Positions 1-10,145 of a stretch of DNA of 64,000 nucleotides are shown in pieces. The DNA comes from Sedimentisphaerales bacterium (GTDB lineage: Bacteria; Planctomycetota; Phycisphaerae; Sedimentisphaerales; Anaerobacaceae). Made by a program: the position numbers and the translations under genes. The stretch lies in the NCBI GenBank assembly GCA_963708075.1, contig OY970194.1, forward strand, positions 6,720,001 through 6,784,000, read 5' to 3'. Position 1 is the stretch's first letter, and every line of letters begins with the position of its first letter. The notes below the pieces were generated by a model. The model had not been told where the DNA came from, made no database searches, and saw only the letters and a list, made by a program, of their open reading frames with translations.

Positions 1-403
1 ATCCCCGTCAATGAGGACGTGGAGCTGAATCTCGGGGCGGTCGCCGACGTGGTCGTCGAGCCGAAGCTGATGGACTACAGAACGGAGAACTACCGCTTCG
101 ACAACGACGGGCAACATCTCCGGCTGGGACGAGATCCAGACATTCACAGTCGAGGTCCGCAACACCCGCGAGGTGCCGGCCAAGATCGAGATCATCCGCG
201 ATCTTCCAGCCGCCCCAGTGGGACCTCAAGCGGAGCGGCAGCATCGAGACAGCTTCGAGAAGATCGATCTGGACACGGTCAAGTTCACGCTCGATCTGCC
301 GCCGCAGTCGAAAAAGGTGTTCGAGTACACGCTGACGACCTATCAGGGCGTCCGAGCCGAGGATTGGGGCAAGCGCCAGCAACAGAGAGGACAGGCCAAA
401 TGA
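1..403 (+). CDS. DUF4139-family protein, C-terminal part (runs in from the window edge; frameshift near 110)
   Basis: IPVNEDVELNLG...FEKIDLDTVKFTL...YTLTTYQG is a paralog of the C-terminus of the next gene (1588-1968); TGA at 401-403. Confidence 0.7.
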
Positions 404-1968
404 GAATCATGCACTGTTCATATCCGGGTGGCAGCGGCAAGGCCGAAGGCTTTGCCGATGGCGAACGGGCAAACCATCGGCAAGCCGCGCTTGCCGCTGC
501 CACCCGGCTGCCAGTATATCATTCCCGCGAAGGCGGGAATCCAGCCACCCATCGGATGATTCTGGACCCCCGTCCCCGATCAGGTCGAGGACAGGCTCTG
601 CGCAGGGGTGACATGTCCACAGGCATTCTACCGCGAGCTTTTCTGCTTCTCGTCCTCACGGCAGCGGCGTACGGCAAGATCGATCTGGTGACCCTGCCGC
701 CACGCGATGCGGTGCAGGTGACGATCTACAACTCCGCCGACCTGACGCTCGTGCGGGAGAACCGGGCGCTGACTCTGAAAGAAGGCGCGAATGCTCTGCA
801 ATTCTCGTGGGAGAACACGCTGATCGATCCCACGAGCCTGGAGATGCTGGCGAAGGGCCGGGCTGATGCGATTGAAATCGCCGAGCTGGACTTCCGCCGC
901 GCGTGAAGAACCTGGGCCTGTGGAACGTCCGCAGCGAGATCAGCGGCAAGGTCCCCGTCGAAATCTCGTATCTCACCAGCGGCTTATCCTGGCGGGCTTT
1001 CTACATGGGCACGCTCTCGCCGGATGAGAAAACGATGCACTTGCAGGCCTACGTTCGCGTGACGAACAACAGCGGCGAGGATTACGAGAACGCCCAGGTC
1101 CGCCTCATCGTCGGCCAGGTCCATATCCTCGATCAGATCGCCGAACTGGCCCGCCGCGAGTACCCCTATGGACGACCCGGCGAGCAGCGTGTGAGACGTG
1201 CGGCCGGCGGGGCTATCAAGAAAGAAATGGAAAGCCTGGAATTGCGCTCCCCGACAACTGCAGACGCGTTCCTTGTCGAACCCAAGCAGGTTGTCAAGGA
1301 GGGGCTCAGCGAATACTTCCTTTACACGATCGAGGGGACTGAGACGATTCCGAACGGCTGGTCGAAGCGGCTCCTGAGCTTCGACGTCGAGGATGTGCCC
1401 GTGGTCAATCTGTACAAGTTTGAAGAGGAGCGGTACGCCGGCGACGTTGTGCGGTTCCTGAGCTTCAAGAACGACGAGGAGCACAAGCTCGGGGCCACGC
1501 CCATCCCGGATGGCACGCTCACGGTCTATCGCCGGGCGGACGCCGAGGGACATCTGTCCCACGTGGGCGCACTCGTCCTTCAAATATATCCCCGTCAATG
1601 AGGACGTGGAGCTGGACCTCGGGCCGGTCTCGGATATCGTCGTCGAGCCCACGCTGATGGATTTCAGGACGGGCAACTACCGGATGGACAACAATGGCGA
1701 CGTCGCGGGCTGGGACGAAATCAGCACGTTCGAGGTCAAAGTGAAGAACACCCGCGAGATTCCCGCGAAGGTGGAAATCCGGCGCAACTTCGACACGTCG
1801 TACTGGACGATTCAGCAATCCGGCGAGTTCGGCCGGTTCGAGAAGGTCGATGTGGACACAGTCAAATTCACGCTAACCCCGGCGCCAAGATCGGCGCAGA
1901 ATTTCCAATACACCCTGACCACGTACCAGGGTACGCGAGCACAAGATTGGACGCCGCCCACCAAGTGA
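400..1968 (+). CDS. DUF4139-family secreted protein (frameshifts near 895 and 1570; alternative start at 613)
   Basis: Signal peptide, then VTIYNSADLTLVRE, SYLTSGLSWRAFY and VTNNSGEDY motifs spread over ORFs 19-906, 903-1601 and 1510-1968; ATG 400 overlaps the upstream TGA. Confidence 0.75.
424..507. repeat. REP-like palindrome, family A (GGGTGGCAGCGGCAAG)
   Basis: Perfect 18-bp inverted repeat 424-441/490-507 with inner TTGCCGATGG/CCATCGGCAA arms; second copy at 3823-3920. Confidence 0.85.
519..612. repeat. dRS3/RPE-like palindromic element (TCATTCCCGCGAAGGCGGGAATCCAG...CTGCGCAGGGGTGAC)
   Basis: ATTCCC-N8-GGGAAT core at 521-540 with a degenerate inverted partner ending at 612. Confidence 0.75.
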
Positions 1969-1979
1969 CGTACGGGTCC

Positions 1980-2942
1980 TTACGGCACAGGCGGTGCGGC
2001 CGGTGGAATCGCCTGTGACGCAAAGGCAAACGCGTTGAATTCGGGTCCGTATTGTGCCAGGTAGAACAGCGAATAGGATCGCTGGAATACATAGATCGGC
2101 AGCATGAGCACCGTGCCGACGAAGGGGATCGCCAGCAGACAGCACGCGCAGCCGCAGGTCAGGCACATCGTTGCGATCACGATACTGCCGATGGCGATAC
2201 TGATAATGATCTGGAACAGGATGTAGAGGACGAACCGGCCTTTGTTGAATCCGAGGATATCCAGCAGGATTCGCCATGCGGCAACGGCGCTGGGCGTCCG
2301 CAGGTACATGATCGGCACGACGAAATCCCGCGTGAATTTCCCAATAATGGCCGCAACAATCATGGCCACGACAAAGAGCAGGGCGCATCCGGTCATCACG
2401 GAAACCGTGACAGCGTTGAGGCCGGAGCCATCTCGGGCCATGAAGAACGCCGCAACGCCAAGGCCGATGAATGTGAGCGTCACCAGAGACACGATGATCC
2501 CAAACACGATCTGGAAGGCGAACAGGCTGTTGCCGTGTCTGCGGAACTGGTGCCAGGGGTTCTTGACTTCTGCCTTGTTCTGGGCCACGCAGTAAAGGAA
2601 CATGAACTGGCCCCGGCTCTTCAGCCATGTAATGACCAGGATGAAGGCGATGACGGCAACCACGATGATAACCGCGACGGGGATAATCCAGTACATGTTG
2701 GCCGTCAGCCACTCTCTCGCCTGATCCATGCTTTGCTGGACGCCCGGGTGCCCGCGGCCGGAGCTATCCGGCATGCCGCCGCTACCACCGCCGCCGCCTT
2801 CAAACATGTGAGTCAGCCAGGCGCAGAAGCCGATGACGATCCACCGCTCCAGGCTGAAGGGGCGGAACAGGATCATCTTCACTCGCTCGATAGCCGGGCC
2901 GATGGGATCGACCACGCTCACGTAAGGCGCTCGCGACATCAT
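1980..2942 (-). CDS. Multi-pass membrane protein of unknown function
   Basis: 320-aa ORF with several hydrophobic segments and a Cys-rich TCGCACC stretch. Confidence 0.8.
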   Translation of the reverse strand: MMSRAPYVSVVDPIGPAIERVKMILFRPFSLERWIVIGFCAWLTHMFEGGGGGSGGMPDSSGRGHPGVQQSMDQAREWLTANMYWIIPVAVIIVVAVIAFILVITWLKSRGQFMFLYCVAQNKAEVKNPWHQFRRHGNSLFAFQIVFGIIVSLVTLTFIGLGVAAFFMARDGSGLNAVTVSVMTGCALLFVVAMIVAAIIGKFTRDFVVPIMYLRTPSAVAAWRILLDILGFNKGRFVLYILFQIIISIAIGSIVIATMCLTCGCACCLLAIPFVGTVLMLPIYVFQRSYSLFYLAQYGPEFNAFAFASQAIPPAAPPVP

Positions 2943-3372
2943 ATGATCAGTCCTTCAAGGTACAGAAACCAGTTGCACGCGATCGCGGCACAGAGGAGAG
3001 CCGCGAGACCGCAATGCGCTTTCACTACTCTGCGATCGATTGTCCCCGGCTGGACGGTCAGGGCGTACAGCCGGTACGGAATCTGGAGGCAGAAGAACGC
3101 GAACAGAAAAGGCCCGAGGCGATGGAATCCGAGGCTCGCCCAGACGTCTCCGTGCGCCAGCGAGCAGAATGATCGTGACATCCCGCACAGGGCGCACTGG
3201 ACGCCGAGGGTCTTGTGAAGCCAGCAGTGGAAGGGCCAGCGAAAGCCCTTCCTCTTGCGACTGCAGGAGGAACGACGCGGCCAGGACCCCCGCACACATC
3301 AGTAGCACGATCAGGTGGTACTCTCTTTGATTCGCGTGGGTGTTCTCACCCGCCGCCGAGCGGGCCTGACAT
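2939..3372 (-). CDS. DUF2752-family membrane protein (frameshifted; start approximate)
   Basis: CALCGMSRSF...HGD...FH motif in ORF 2939-3295; N-terminal TM segment lies in another frame (2955-3404). Confidence 0.65.
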
Positions 3373-3416
3373 GGCCAACAGGTTGTATCGCTTGTTCGGG
3401 GCACATCGACTCCGAG

Positions 3417-3707
3417 CTATGCCGGCACTGTGCCGAATTGCTGTCTCAGTTGACGCAATTCCCTGTGGATCGGCCAGTCCGCAAAGGCCAGGTAGAACAG
3501 CATGACGACATTCGCGACGGGAACCAGCATCAACAGACCCAGGGCCCAACTGAAGCCCGCCTTGGAAAAGACTTTGCAGTACACCAGCGCCACGATGATG
3601 CTGATCACCAAGGATACAAGAACCGAAATAGCCACAAAGACGAATACAAACGTTGCGGCAAGTTCGGTAGAAGCCTGCGGTTCCATCTCGCTGCCTTTCC
3701 AAAACAA
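3417..3707 (-). CDS. Small membrane protein (DUF805/DUF5684-like)
   Basis: TM helix followed by KVFSKAGFSWALGLLMLVPVAN...LAFADWP. Confidence 0.7.
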   Translation of the reverse strand: MFWKGSEMEPQASTELAATFVFVFVAISVLVSLVISIIVALVYCKVFSKAGFSWALGLLMLVPVANVVMLFYLAFADWPIHRELRQLRQQFGTVPA

Positions 3708-3822
3708 TGATTCTCTATGCCCCAGCAGCCTGCACAGATACAGACGCCTTCAGAGTATATTTCATCACGCCGGGGACACAAGGAAAATCCCGCTACGGAT
3801 CTCTGTGAATGCTCTTGGTAAG

Positions 3823-3920
3823 GCTGGGTGGCAGCGGCAAGCGCAAGCTTGCCGATGGCTGTCAACACTCGCAGCACCATCGGCAAGCTCCGCAGGCTCC
3901 GCTTGCCGCTGCCACCCAGC
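3823..3920. repeat. REP-like palindrome, family A (second copy)
   Basis: 21-bp perfect IR 3823-3843/3900-3920; inner AGCTTGCCGATGG/CCATCGGCAAGCT. Confidence 0.85.
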
Positions 3921-3948
3921 GTGCGTTCTTGTTTGGCACTCTGCTCCT

Positions 3949-3973
3949 GGGCGAGCGGGGACGCTCGCCCTAC
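3949..3973 (-). repeat. GTAG-type REP hairpin overlapping a stop codon
   Basis: Minus strand reads GTAGGGCGAGCGTCCCCGCTCGCCC; related hairpin at ~61980-62008. Confidence 0.6.
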
Positions 3974-6270
3974 GGGAGGCTCTGGATCACCGCAATCGCC
4001 CGGGCCACGCGGTCGCGATGCTGCTCGATGGGGGCCGGGGCCTTCGTGAAAGTTGTCATATCCTTGGTGATGTCCGCGGGGACATCGAGCAGGGCGGCGA
4101 ATTCCTTCTTCTGAGCGGCGCCGAGCGAATCGGCTTTGACTTCGAGCAATCGCTGCAGCGTCGCCAGGTACTCGTAGTCCTCGATGCCGTCGCGGAGCAT
4201 TTCCCAGCGGATGCTGTCCACGGGGCCCTCAAGGACCGGCTCGCCTGGGTGTGCGTCGGCGGCCGCGAGAGGCGGATAGATGAATCGCCCGTCGCCGTTG
4301 CCCCATTGTCGCTTCTCGCCCTTGGGCGTGCTGTAACCGGACACCCAGCCCATGGGGTCCTCGTACGGATTCTGCGGATGGTCCGGCTCGGGGTACGCGG
4401 CGGAGCTGGTCCAGTAGTTCGTCTCCCAGACGAGGATTCCCGCGATCTTCCGCTGCCACGTCTGCCAGAGCCACACGCGAAGCTCCGTCGCCGGGTGGTC
4501 GATGAACAGCGTGCAGTAGGGGGCCTTCGGGCCGGTGCACACGTACCACCAGAATTTCTCGCCCTGGGTCCGCCTCTGCTCCGCGGGCTCGGGCCTGTAC
4601 TGGTCGGAGATGGCGCACCAGATGTTCGGCCCGCCGATCAGCGCCGGTTCGACCTGTTCAGTGAGCATGCGGCTGATGTCAGGGGCGGCCGCCTTGAGCT
4701 TCGCGAAACCGTTGCTGACGAACGCGTAGTCCTTCGGGTCCGGCTCGTCGAACCAGTAGACGAACGCCTCATCGAGCCAGCCCCGGGTCCGCAGGTGTTC
4801 CTGGACCTGGGAGCAGTAGCTGTGGAAGAGCGTTTTGTAGTGGGGCGTGTTCTCGCCGAAGCCGAGCAGCTCGGGCTCGTTGCGGGAGTGGAAGGTCCCG
4901 CCGCCCATGCCGGGGATGTCCAGCCGGAACGAGTTGAAGTGATAGTGGTCAATTCCTCGCTCCATGGCCTTGTCCCAGGCGGTGAAGTCGAGCTTCACCT
5001 GGAGTTTCTCTCGCTCGACCTGCGGCAGCTCCAGCGGCTCGAACCCGCCGCCCTCGATCAGCTCCTTGCCCGTCGCCGCGTCAGCCAACGATACATCGTC
5101 GAACCACATGAGACCTGTGTGCTCGCCGCTCTCGGTCCAGCTCGCCGCCCGTAAGCGAAGCTGAGCGGATTTGGCGCCATTGGGGAACTTGCGGATGGTA
5201 CGGTCGAACTCCTGCCATTGGCCATTGCCCTCCAGGCCGATGTCATTGTTACCGCCGGAGATCCACTTGCCCGAGGCATCGTGGTGATTCAACGTCACAA
5301 GGAACACCTGCCCGGGAATCGCCGTGCGGTACCAGAATCGCAGTCGCAGGCCGCCCTGCGGAATCTCCACCAAGGGCTCGTAGGATGCCTCCACGTTCAG
5401 GTCGCTGCGGTCATCGAACACGAGCAGGGCACGCTCGCCACTATGCTTCTCGTTTGTGACCTCCTGCCCGCCTTGCCATTTGCGCTTCGGCGGCTTGATG
5501 TCCGGCCATGCCGCCCGTATATCATCGAGCGGCGCGGGATCATACGGAGAGATATGATGCGCTCCAAAACTCGCCCAGTACTTGTCTATTACCTCTCGCC
5601 TCTGCTGCGGTTGGGAGATCTTCTGGTAGCGAAAGACGTTGCCCGGGCTGAAGCCGAAGGCGCTCGTGCACGTCATGCGGTCGGGCAGGACGAAATCATA
5701 CACCTCTACACGGATCGGCACGGCCGTACTGAACCCCTCCGCCGCCAGGTTGATCTTGCCCTCATACACGCCGGCCTTCGCATCGCGCGGCACCTTCACG
5801 CGAATCCAGAACGGCTGATTCTTCCCTGCCTCCAGGTCCATGGCCCCCTTCAATGGCGGCAGGGGATCAGGCCAATACCCCGCCACGGCACTGCGATCCG
5901 TCGGCCGCGTGGCATTGACATACCGCACCTCGAGCACTTCGATATTCGACGCAGCTATCGTCGCCCCCGCCGGCCCCGCCAGCGTCCCCGCCTTGATGGT
6001 CAGCCCCTTCACAGCCGCCGCCGGCCGAACCACCAATTGCACCGCCTCCACCTCATTCTTCGCCGTGCGGACTGTGATCGCCTCGCCTTTCTCGCTCGGC
6101 AGCCCCTTGTCACGCCCTACCTTCCACCCCGACGACGCCCACCACAGCCCGATGGCTTCCCGTGACTGTGGCAACGACTGCCCATATTCGGTGAGGGAGG
6201 ATTCGTCCGCACTCGCATGAACGACGGCAAGAGCCACAACCATAAGCAAGACAACACCGTTTCTGCCCAT
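3970..6270 (-). CDS. Secreted glycoside hydrolase-like protein (GH123/DUF4091-type) with an inserted carbohydrate-binding-like domain
   Basis: Signal peptide MGRNGVVLL..., AKNEVEAVQLVV, WPDPL, YWFDEP, WWYVC, GNGDGRFIYP, SIRWEMLRDGIEDYEY. Confidence 0.8.
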   Translation of the reverse strand: MGRNGVVLLMVVALAVVHASADESSLTEYGQSLPQSREAIGLWWASSGWKVGRDKGLPSEKGEAITVRTAKNEVEAVQLVVRPAAAVKGLTIKAGTLAGPAGATIAASNIEVLEVRYVNATRPTDRSAVAGYWPDPLPPLKGAMDLEAGKNQPFWIRVKVPRDAKAGVYEGKINLAAEGFSTAVPIRVEVYDFVLPDRMTCTSAFGFSPGNVFRYQKISQPQQRREVIDKYWASFGAHHISPYDPAPLDDIRAAWPDIKPPKRKWQGGQEVTNEKHSGERALLVFDDRSDLNVEASYEPLVEIPQGGLRLRFWYRTAIPGQVFLVTLNHHDASGKWISGGNNDIGLEGNGQWQEFDRTIRKFPNGAKSAQLRLRAASWTESGEHTGLMWFDDVSLADAATGKELIEGGGFEPLELPQVEREKLQVKLDFTAWDKAMERGIDHYHFNSFRLDIPGMGGGTFHSRNEPELLGFGENTPHYKTLFHSYCSQVQEHLRTRGWLDEAFVYWFDEPDPKDYAFVSNGFAKLKAAAPDISRMLTEQVEPALIGGPNIWCAISDQYRPEPAEQRRTQGEKFWWYVCTGPKAPYCTLFIDHPATELRVWLWQTWQRKIAGILVWETNYWTSSAAYPEPDHPQNPYEDPMGWVSGYSTPKGEKRQWGNGDGRFIYPPLAAADAHPGEPVLEGPVDSIRWEMLRDGIEDYEYLATLQRLLEVKADSLGAAQKKEFAALLDVPADITKDMTTFTKAPAPIEQHRDRVARAIAVIQSLP

Positions 6271-6387
6271 ATCTGGACCTCCCAAACCCGGCCTTTTTCG
6301 AATTCCCTGGCTGATGATTGTCCGGCGGAAGGGCCGATCCGTCAAGAAAATGGCATGCCGAACCCCGAGAATTCGCGTCTGCATCTA

Positions 6388-6416
6388 TTGACTTCATGAG
6401 CGGGAGCGGTTAGGAT
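6388..6416 (+). promoter_or_regulatory. Putative sigma70 promoter
   Basis: TTGACT-17 bp-TAGGAT. Confidence 0.5.
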
Positions 6417-6700
6417 TATCGTATAGAGTTGGACCGAAATCCTAAGGTTGGACGTGACGTCTGGAGGTTGGGTCCTGTGGATGTGAGGGCAGTGGATGAG
6501 ACTTCTGGCGGGATGACTGTGTCCCCATCCACCCATCGCATACATACACGACTACTCTCCAGCCACGCGCCGCCTGAACTGCCATAGCATCTGTTCCAGC
6601 CCGTGTTTGGTGGGCGTGTGCCCGGCTGGGACAAGCAGCATTCGGGCGAATGAAATGGTGATGAGAACAGCTCACGTCATTATGCGAGGAGGTACGAGTC

Positions 6701-8122
6701 ATGCTGATGAGCAAGAAGACCAGGTGGACCTGTTGCATCGCAATCATGGGACTTATCGTCTCACAGGGATTCGCGGCCACGCTCCACGTGAACCCCAGCG
6801 ACACAACGGCTTTCAAGAGCATCCAGAAGGCCATTGACAGTGCGAAGGCGTTCGACACCATTATTGTCCATGCGGGGGTCTACAAGGAGAACATCAGTTA
6901 CAAAGGCAAACCGATTACGATCATGAGCGTTGACCCGAACGATCCTAACGTGGTCGCGAATACCATCATCGATGGCAATGGGGCGAACGCTGTCCTGTTC
7001 CAGAACGCAGAGACAGATCGTTCCGTTCTCCGCGGCCTGTCCGTGAAGAACGGCAAGAATGGAATCGACTGCGTTGCTGATAGTCGGCCCTCGATCACAC
7101 AATGCGTGATCTATGCCAATAGCGCCTCCGGCATCTACTCCGGATCTGCAACCATCAAGCAGTGCCAGATCCACAGCAATGGCGATCATGGAATCACCTC
7201 CTGCACAGGAGTGATCCGCGAGTGTACGATCAGCGAGAACCATGGCCATGGTCTTTCCAGCTTTGGAGGGAAGATAGAGGATTCGGCCGTCATCAAGAAC
7301 AGCGGCTTTGGCGTATATTCTCACCAGGGTTCCGCGACAATTACCAGGTGCACGGTGTCCGGGAATGGCGGCTATGGAATCTACTGGCTGAATACCGGCA
7401 CCACGGGCGAGGTGAAGAACTCGATCCTCTCGAAGAACGGCAACCCCGGCATCTACGTGAACGGAGCCTCTGTCGCCGTCACGAACTGTACAGTGGTCGG
7501 AAACACTCTGGCCGGTGTACAGGTCCATGGGGGTGCAAAGACGGCGGTGACGAACAACATCATCGCGTGGAACCAGGGACATGGTATCACGGGGACTTCG
7601 CCGGCGGCATCCCTGACGACATCGAGGTACAATGATGTTTTCGCCAATCAGGTGGCCAACTACGGTGGAGGGGTTGTCCCCGGCCAAGGCGATATGCGTG
7701 AGCACCCCTGGTTTGCCGTGAATGGCTACTGGGATACAGATGGCTGGCATGAGGGTGACTATCACCTGTCGTCGACGGCAGGTCGGTGGGACCCCGTGGC
7801 CAAGGTATGGGTGGACGACCCTGTTGATAGTCCCTGCATCGACAAGGGCGACCCCAACACCCCGGCTGGGGATGAGCCTTATCCGAATGGCGACCGAATC
7901 AATCTCGGCGCTTATGGCGGCACGGCAGAGGCGAGCCTGTCGGTAAGTAAACCAGAGTGCGTTGAGTACCCGGAGATGGATTTCAACCAGGACTGTAAGG
8001 TCGATCAGGCCGATCTGGATATATTCATGCAGCAGTGGCTCGAATGTGGTATGGACGATCCCAACGCCTGCTGGCCGGATGAGCCTCCGGCCGAGCCGCC
8101 AGTGTTACCTGTGCTGCCTTGA
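6701..8122 (+). CDS. Secreted right-handed parallel beta-helix protein with a C-terminal dockerin-like motif
   Basis: Signal peptide, SIQKAID, repeated N..GI turns, DYHLSS..GRW...SPCIDKGDP, DFNQDCKVDQADL. Confidence 0.85.
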   Translation: MLMSKKTRWTCCIAIMGLIVSQGFAATLHVNPSDTTAFKSIQKAIDSAKAFDTIIVHAGVYKENISYKGKPITIMSVDPNDPNVVANTIIDGNGANAVLFQNAETDRSVLRGLSVKNGKNGIDCVADSRPSITQCVIYANSASGIYSGSATIKQCQIHSNGDHGITSCTGVIRECTISENHGHGLSSFGGKIEDSAVIKNSGFGVYSHQGSATITRCTVSGNGGYGIYWLNTGTTGEVKNSILSKNGNPGIYVNGASVAVTNCTVVGNTLAGVQVHGGAKTAVTNNIIAWNQGHGITGTSPAASLTTSRYNDVFANQVANYGGGVVPGQGDMREHPWFAVNGYWDTDGWHEGDYHLSSTAGRWDPVAKVWVDDPVDSPCIDKGDPNTPAGDEPYPNGDRINLGAYGGTAEASLSVSKPECVEYPEMDFNQDCKVDQADLDIFMQQWLECGMDDPNACWPDEPPAEPPVLPVLP

Positions 8123-8223
8123 TTCCGACCATGCCTGGTGCCGGAAGCTTCCGGCGAGCGTGCTGTCTGGACGCAACACCGGACGAGTCATGGCACACTC
8201 TTCTGATTTTGGGCGCGTGAGGC

Positions 8224-8907
8224 TCAAGCCTCTTGATTCCAAGCGACGTCGATCGTGTGCGAAAGCTTGTCGAGGGGGCAGGGGGCGCAGCGGGGGTTGG
8301 GCTTGCAGTAGTCTTTGCCGGTCATGACGAGCAGGGCGTGGAACTCGTTGAAGAGAGCCACGTTGGGCTCCAGGTTGGACATGAACAGGTCCTGCAGTTG
8401 GGTATAGTCAAGTCCTTCCGGGCTGATCAGGCCGTGGCGGACCATCACGCGGGCGGTGTAGGTATCCACGACGAAGACGGGGCGGTGGAACGCGTAGAGC
8501 AGGATCGAGTCGGCCGTCTCGGGGCCGATGCCGGAGATGCTGAGCAGCTCGTCGCGCAGACGCAGGGTGCTGACCGGTTCGAGGTTCTGCAGGTCGCCAT
8601 CGTACCCATCGCATAGCCAGTTGATGAAGTTCTTGAGGCGCTTGGCTTTCACACGGAAGTAGCCGGCGGGGCGGATCAGCTTCTCAAGCTCGGCCGTGTC
8701 GATCTCGTGCAGCCTGGCGGCATCAAGGCATCCGGCCGCTTTCAGATTCGCGATCGCCTTCTCGACGTTGGCCCAACTCGTATTCTGCGTCAGGATCGCT
8801 CCGACGGCGACCTCGAAGGGCGTCTCGCCCGGCCACCAATGCTGCGGGCCGAAGAAATCCAACAGCGTCCGGTAGATCTCAAGCAACTGTTCCCGCGTCG
8901 TGCTCAT
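8224..8907 (-). CDS. Endonuclease III-related HhH-GPD DNA glycosylase
   Basis: WWP.ETPFEV.VGAILTQNTSW, HhH LLSISGIGPETADSILLYA, VVD, C-terminal C..P.C..CP. Confidence 0.9.
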   Translation of the reverse strand: MSTTREQLLEIYRTLLDFFGPQHWWPGETPFEVAVGAILTQNTSWANVEKAIANLKAAGCLDAARLHEIDTAELEKLIRPAGYFRVKAKRLKNFINWLCDGYDGDLQNLEPVSTLRLRDELLSISGIGPETADSILLYAFHRPVFVVDTYTARVMVRHGLISPEGLDYTQLQDLFMSNLEPNVALFNEFHALLVMTGKDYCKPNPRCAPCPLDKLSHTIDVAWNQEA

Positions 8908-9012
8908 GCTCTTGTAATCTCAATTCATGTTCAGTACACTCTGGGCACTCCGGCGGCAAATGGATTTCCGCCGGCACTGTGCAACAGACGACCCGAAAGG
9001 TGGTATCCCTGG

Positions 9013-9941
9013 ATGGCCGGCCGAAAGAACGGAAAGCTCGGTTTCACGACAAGCCAACTGTTCAACTTCACTCGGGACTCCTACCTGGAGCGGACGAGCC
9101 GGCCGATGTACGCCATCGCCTTCCTGCTGCCGTTCATTCTCTTCTACGAGATCGGCACCATTTTGATCAATACCGATATTTTGAACCGCACGCAAGTGCG
9201 AGTCGTGGCATTCGTATGGCTGCAGGATCTTTTGCTGTACCTCGGGACCGGCAACAAGCTCGCCTGGCTCGCTCCGCCGCTGGTGGTGGTGGTCATTCTG
9301 CTCGGCCTGCAGATCGCCTCGCGGAAACCCTGGTGGTTTTGCCTCAGCGACTACACACCGATGGTGCTCGAATGCACCTTGCTGGCGGTGCCTCTGATCG
9401 TTCTGAGCCTGTTCTTCAACAGCCCGGTCGCTCGCCCTGCAGAGGGCGCCCTGTTGCCTCATTCGGCGGCGATCCAGCCGTGCGCGGTTTCCGTGGCGGA
9501 GCAGCCGCCGCTCCCGACGAGCCAGTGCCGGCTTCAGCACCCCCAGCCCCCGGCGAGCCGGTGCATCAGTCTCTGATGGCCGATGTTGTGACCGGCGTTG
9601 GGGCGGGCATTTACGAGGAACTGGTCTTTCGGCTGATCCTGATCTGCGCCCTGATGGTGCTCCTTCAGGACGTCATCGGGATCGACCATAAGAACGCCGT
9701 CATTTTATCGGTACTGATCTCGGCAGCCCTGTTCAGCGCCCACCACCATCATATCGCCTTCATCAACGGCCAGCTCGGGCGGGGGGCTCCCTTCAGTTGG
9801 ACGGAGTTTGTGTTTCGCACGACGGCGGGGGTGTATTTTGCGGCCCTGTTCGCCATCCGCGGCTTCGGAATCGCCGCCGGGACCCACGCTTTCTACGACA
9901 TCATCGCCACTATTATAAACGCTATTTTCTTCCACCCATAA
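9013..9941 (+). CDS. CPBP (Abi/CAAX) family intramembrane metalloprotease (frameshift near 9520)
   Basis: GAGIYEELVFR, FSAHH and HAFYD motifs in ORF 8979-9941; N-terminal TM segments in ORF 8707-9576. Confidence 0.8.
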
Positions 9942-10077
9942 TCCCCAGGGATTGCGCGAACTTTTTGTCGCCCGCCAACGAAAATTCTCTATGGCGCTTA
10001 CTCATTGGCACTCCTGAGTTTGCGGAATAATCGTCCCATAAGCGTCCCGAAGGGCCCTATCAGTGCTGATATTGCAC

Positions 10078-10106
10078 TTGAATCGGGCGGCCGGTTGTTG
10101 TATAAT
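10078..10106 (+). promoter_or_regulatory. Putative sigma70 promoter
   Basis: TTGAAT-17 bp-TATAAT, 40 bp upstream of ATG 10146. Confidence 0.6.
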
Positions 10107-10145
10107 ACCGGAGAAGATAGAAACGTGTTTTCAGGGTTTCTCGTT

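Noticed and set aside
2052..5154. Long antisense ORFs (e.g. 2052-3218, 3502-5154; also 41705-43558, 50537-52012)
   Set aside because: They are shadow frames of GC-rich genes on the opposite strand, with no recognisable motifs.
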